Translations under genes and position numbers: made by a program
In this document: positions 48,217 through 50,619 of the stretch, one piece after another
How the letters are laid out: each line of letters starts with the position of its first letter
How positions within the stretch are numbered: position 1 is the first letter of the stretch
The notes under the pieces: model-generated
The model's database searches: none
Seen by the model: only the letters and a program-made list of their open reading frames with translations
What the model was told of the DNA's origin: nothing
Source: a candidate division WWE3 bacterium
Lineage (GTDB): Bacteria; Patescibacteriota; WWE3; JAUXAW01
Assembly: GCA_030619715.1 (NCBI GenBank)
Contig: JAUXAW010000003.1
Location: 1-50,619 of the forward strand
Direction of reading: 5' to 3'
Length of the DNA: 50,619 bases

Positions 48217-48972
48217 TTAGCTTTCTTCTTTACCGATTAGTTTTCTGTATTCACAATATTCGCAACCCTCGCCGGAGGGCGGGATTTCGTTGGAGTCGAG
48301 ACATTTTTTGATTTCAAAAATGGTCGGCTCGACCCAGGAGTCGTCGCCCTCATGGGAGATAATCTGAACCTCAAACTCCAACCGACCGTCGAAGACCCGC
48401 CCGCCCCTTAGTCCGTTGGCGAAGACAAAATAGGCCGTGTCCGAAACGTCAAATCCCTCTTGCCGAAAGATCCACTGATAAATCTCCGCCTGCTTTTTGT
48501 AACTCTGCTTGTATTCGTCGTCCAAGGAGATTTTCTTGGAAGTGCTGGTCGCTTTGTAGTCGACGATGTGTAGTTGATTATTGGGATTGACCCAAATGTC
48601 GTCAATGATTCCGCAGATTTCCAAATTAGTGGGCTTGTGCAAGGTAGCGGCGCCTTTATATGTGTAATGATCGTTTCTCCACTCAGGCAAGTCCGGGTGT
48701 TTAAAGGGCACGACATTGATTCCGCATCTTTTCATTAAGGCGTGCCGCTTGCCGTCCTTGCGCAAAAGGTCGAATTCGTTTTTGAGAAGATGATCGACGG
48801 CGCTATTGAGCGCCCAACCGGGCATGCTTGGCCTCCCCAACCCCAGTCGTCGGTCCAGATAAAAACATCTTGGACACTTCAAAAACAAATCAATCTTGCT
48901 CCGACTGATTCGGAAAGGAATTTTGGAGCTTGAATTATAAATATTACCCTGCCTCTTGCGATATTTGTTCAT
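48217..48972 (-). CDS. PD-(D/E)xK nuclease, Cas4/RecB-like with Cys cluster
   Basis: N-terminal CPRCFY; GIIDD...LHIVDYKAT (D...D-x-K); QAEIYQW (QxxxY); C-terminal CEYCEY. Solitary, with no other cas genes. Confidence 0.72.
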   Translation of the reverse strand: MNKYRKRQGNIYNSSSKIPFRISRSKIDLFLKCPRCFYLDRRLGLGRPSMPGWALNSAVDHLLKNEFDLLRKDGKRHALMKRCGINVVPFKHPDLPEWRNDHYTYKGAATLHKPTNLEICGIIDDIWVNPNNQLHIVDYKATSTSKKISLDDEYKQSYKKQAEIYQWIFRQEGFDVSDTAYFVFANGLRGGRVFDGRLEFEVQIISHEGDDSWVEPTIFEIKKCLDSNEIPPSGEGCEYCEYRKLIGKEES

Positions 48973-48980
48973 TTGAGACT

Positions 48981-48986
48981 AGTCTA
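48981..48986 (-). promoter_or_regulatory. -10 TAGACT (TGt-extended); ATG 48972 lies 8 nt downstream (leaderless)
   Basis: Read on the minus strand, within the palindrome AGACTAGTCT. Confidence 0.45.
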
Positions 48987-49016
48987 ACACAAAAGAAGAA
49001 CATAGAGCGCCTGTTC

Positions 49017-49045
49017 TTGACAGCATCTTATTATTGCGTTATAGT
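49017..49045 (+). promoter_or_regulatory. Promoter: -35 TTGACA (49017-49022), 17 nt, -10 TATAGT (49040-49045)
   Basis: Read directly. About 60-nt leader with GGAAGGAGGTG Shine-Dalgarno. Confidence 0.65.
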
Positions 49046-49111
49046 GATTACAACACGTCAAAACGTTGAAAGAAGAGCAAATAAGAATTCTAGAGGAAGG
49101 AGGTGAGAGCG

Positions 49112-49342
49112 GTGCCTATTTTCGGAGGAGACTGCTCGGTTTGCGACGGTACTGGAGATTGTCCGGAGTGCAAAGGGGGTGGGTACGGAGGTCTTCTCGA
49201 CCAGTTCATTGCCGGTAATGTAGCCCCACTGTTCGGGGCGAGCAAAGAAGACGTGGAAGAGATGGAGCAGTGTGATAGATGCCACGGTTCCACCAAGTGC
49301 GACCACTGTGGTGGGACAGGCGAAGAACCGGACGAAGACTAG
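49112..49342 (+). CDS. DnaJ-type zinc-finger miniprotein (four CxxCxGxG-like motifs)
   Basis: CSVCDGTG, CPECKGGG, CDRCHGST, CDHCGGTG. GTG 49112 lies 6 nt after GGAGGTG (the ORF-track start at 49103 sits inside the Shine-Dalgarno site). Confidence 0.6.
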   Translation: MPIFGGDCSVCDGTGDCPECKGGGYGGLLDQFIAGNVAPLFGASKEDVEEMEQCDRCHGSTKCDHCGGTGEEPDED

Positions 49343-49423
49343 TCCCGGCGCCTCAAACCACTTGAGGACACCTTTAGCGCAAGATGCTATAAGTGTCCTC
49401 ACTTTTATTTATCTATTTATCTC

Positions 49424-49451
49424 ACTTACCATACACTGGATTATGGTGAGT
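49424..49451. repeat. P2 site d: ACTTACCATAC ACTGGA TTATGGTGAGT
   Basis: Read directly. Lies between convergent gene ends (49342 and 49510). Confidence 0.8.
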
Positions 49452-49509
49452 AAAGTGGGAGGGGGTAGTTGGAATTTTGGCGGGCGGGCAGTTCGGGGGG
49501 TTTTTGGTG

Positions 49510-50523
49510 TTACTTAGGCATAGGTTTTCGCGTTCTCTTTTTCTTCGGCTTCTGCGAAGGCAAGCTGGGAAAGTTATCTAAGTCAATCTCATTCTCTCCA
49601 ACCTTGAGATTTTTCTTGGTTACCCAGACAAATCCTTTTTCGGGAGTAATCACCGCGACATCAACCGGACCCCCAACTCCGGGGATAGCTCCGGGACTCG
49701 CTTTGATACCATCAGAAAAACGTTGGATGGCTGAAGTTGTTTGAATCATCAAAACACAGAAATCGACGGCGTCCTGAAGAGTCATCGTCCCCCACTGAAT
49801 AGAGTATTCAAGATTGCGGAGTTGTTTATTCACTTCCTCCTGACTATATTTTTGCACTGCCTCTTTGACAAACTTTACATTACTAATCCGCCCATCCCAA
49901 CCCAGAACAATTCTGGAAACAACATCCATCTGACCGATCCAAGAGGCACCATATTCCTTACCCCGCTCTTGGCTATCCCGCTTCTTCTCAACTTTACCGG
50001 GGATTCGGATGGTGTAAACCTTATGGGAACCGTCTTCGTCGTACCCACCAACAAGGATATTAATACTGTCCACTCCCGCCCGCCCTTGCTGCTCTTTGCC
50101 GTTTTTATCTTTAAACGTGAATTCAATAAAGTGCCCTTTCTTTTCTATCTTTAATATTTCAAGCCCCTGTCGCTTTAGATCGGCTTCGACTTTCTTTGGT
50201 AGACTCTCCAACCTTTTTTCCCAATCGTATTTCTTGCTAAACAGGTTATGTAGGCCGTTTGCCACCTCCAGAACACCGAGGTTTTCAACACCGCTCTTTT
50301 GCCCAAATTCGCTGAGAAACTTACTGATATTTTTCAGAACACCGTCTTCAGACAAAAATGCCATACCAGTTACCGCCGCACCGATCCGGCGGTTGATCTC
50401 AAAAACTTTAAAGGCATTGTCTGACCCAATCCGGGCCATCCCCTTACGGTTACGATAGGACTGCCGCGAATCTGCAGCTAAAACAATTCCTTCTGGTGTT
50501 GTAGTATTAATTGCTAGGCTCAT
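49510..50523 (-). CDS. Proteasome-beta-like Ntn hydrolase, divergent, with internal insertions and a basic C-terminal tail
   Basis: MSLAINTTTPEGIVLAADSR (Thr run + Asp17-like), NAFKVF (Lys33-like), LVGGYDEDG..VY, GASWIG, VGGPVDVAVITPEKG. Tail KPKKKRTRKPMPK. TAGGAGG Shine-Dalgarno site. Confidence 0.65.
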   Translation of the reverse strand: MSLAINTTTPEGIVLAADSRQSYRNRKGMARIGSDNAFKVFEINRRIGAAVTGMAFLSEDGVLKNISKFLSEFGQKSGVENLGVLEVANGLHNLFSKKYDWEKRLESLPKKVEADLKRQGLEILKIEKKGHFIEFTFKDKNGKEQQGRAGVDSINILVGGYDEDGSHKVYTIRIPGKVEKKRDSQERGKEYGASWIGQMDVVSRIVLGWDGRISNVKFVKEAVQKYSQEEVNKQLRNLEYSIQWGTMTLQDAVDFCVLMIQTTSAIQRFSDGIKASPGAIPGVGGPVDVAVITPEKGFVWVTKKNLKVGENEIDLDNFPSLPSQKPKKKRTRKPMPK

Positions 50524-50619
50524 ACTGACCTCCTATGAAGTTGAATCGACACTATTCATCTCTTGGTAAAATTTGCACGTCTTTCCTAAACAAACATCTC
50601 CTGTGAACGGGTATTGAGC

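Noticed and set aside
45603-50619. Prophage or IS-type mobile element downstream of the tRNA array (and likewise at 11.2-17.2 kb)
   Set aside because: No integrase, transposase, terminal inverted repeats of IS type or phage structural/replication genes are visible. Mobility, if any, would have to be in trans (hence the Xer-site hypothesis).

Overview
This 50.6-kb window comes from a small, gene-dense bacterial genome. Gene content and minimised proteins suggest a Patescibacteria/CPR (Microgenomates-like) organism, by inference only and without any search. The minimised proteins are a PPIase-less trigger factor, a PheT without its OB-fold domain, a ThrRS without TGS, and a 371-aa enolase. A cupin-type PGI and a two-gene NifS/NifU set point the same way.

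Core content:
- A 5'-truncated class A PBP.
- A thrS-infC-rpmI-rplT ... pheS-pheT supercluster on the minus strand.
- FemAB-like and spermidine-synthase-like genes, and nifS-nifU.
- A sugar-phosphate block: phosphohexomutase, cupin PGI, class II aldolase and PEP synthase, with enolase and a His-phosphatase nearby.
- A histidine kinase / 7TM-GAF / response regulator operon.
- A PfkB kinase, an acyl-CoA synthetase, DedA, lexA, a transglutaminase-like protein, secG and tig-clpP.
- An M50 protease and tandem lysozyme-like paralogues.
- Eight intact tRNA genes, five of them in one array, plus one tRNA-Gly-like fragment.

Two regions look accessory:
- 11.2-17.2 kb holds single-gene units separated by a recurrent hairpin-plus-AAATTTCCCCTCT element. 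It ends in an AT-rich 477-aa protein with a PD-(D/E)xK-like C-terminus beside tRNA-Lys.
- 45.6-50.6 kb lies downstream of the tRNA array. Four directly oriented dif-like 11-6-11 sites bracket a TrpR/YerC-like gene, an alpha/beta hydrolase, and a 2.7-kb module (HExxH protein, macro domain, Cas4-like nuclease, DnaJ-type zinc-finger miniprotein). A divergent proteasome-beta-like Ntn hydrolase follows.

Other window-wide patterns:
- Families of 7-8-nt tandem repeats and palindromes occur both in spacers and in frame inside conserved genes.
- About a dozen genes appear leaderless, whereas orphan ORFs carry consensus promoters, long 5' UTRs and strong GGAGG sites.

No rRNA, CRISPR array, transposase, integrase, reverse transcriptase or phage structural gene was seen. 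All functional calls rest on motif recognition by eye; no database search was possible.
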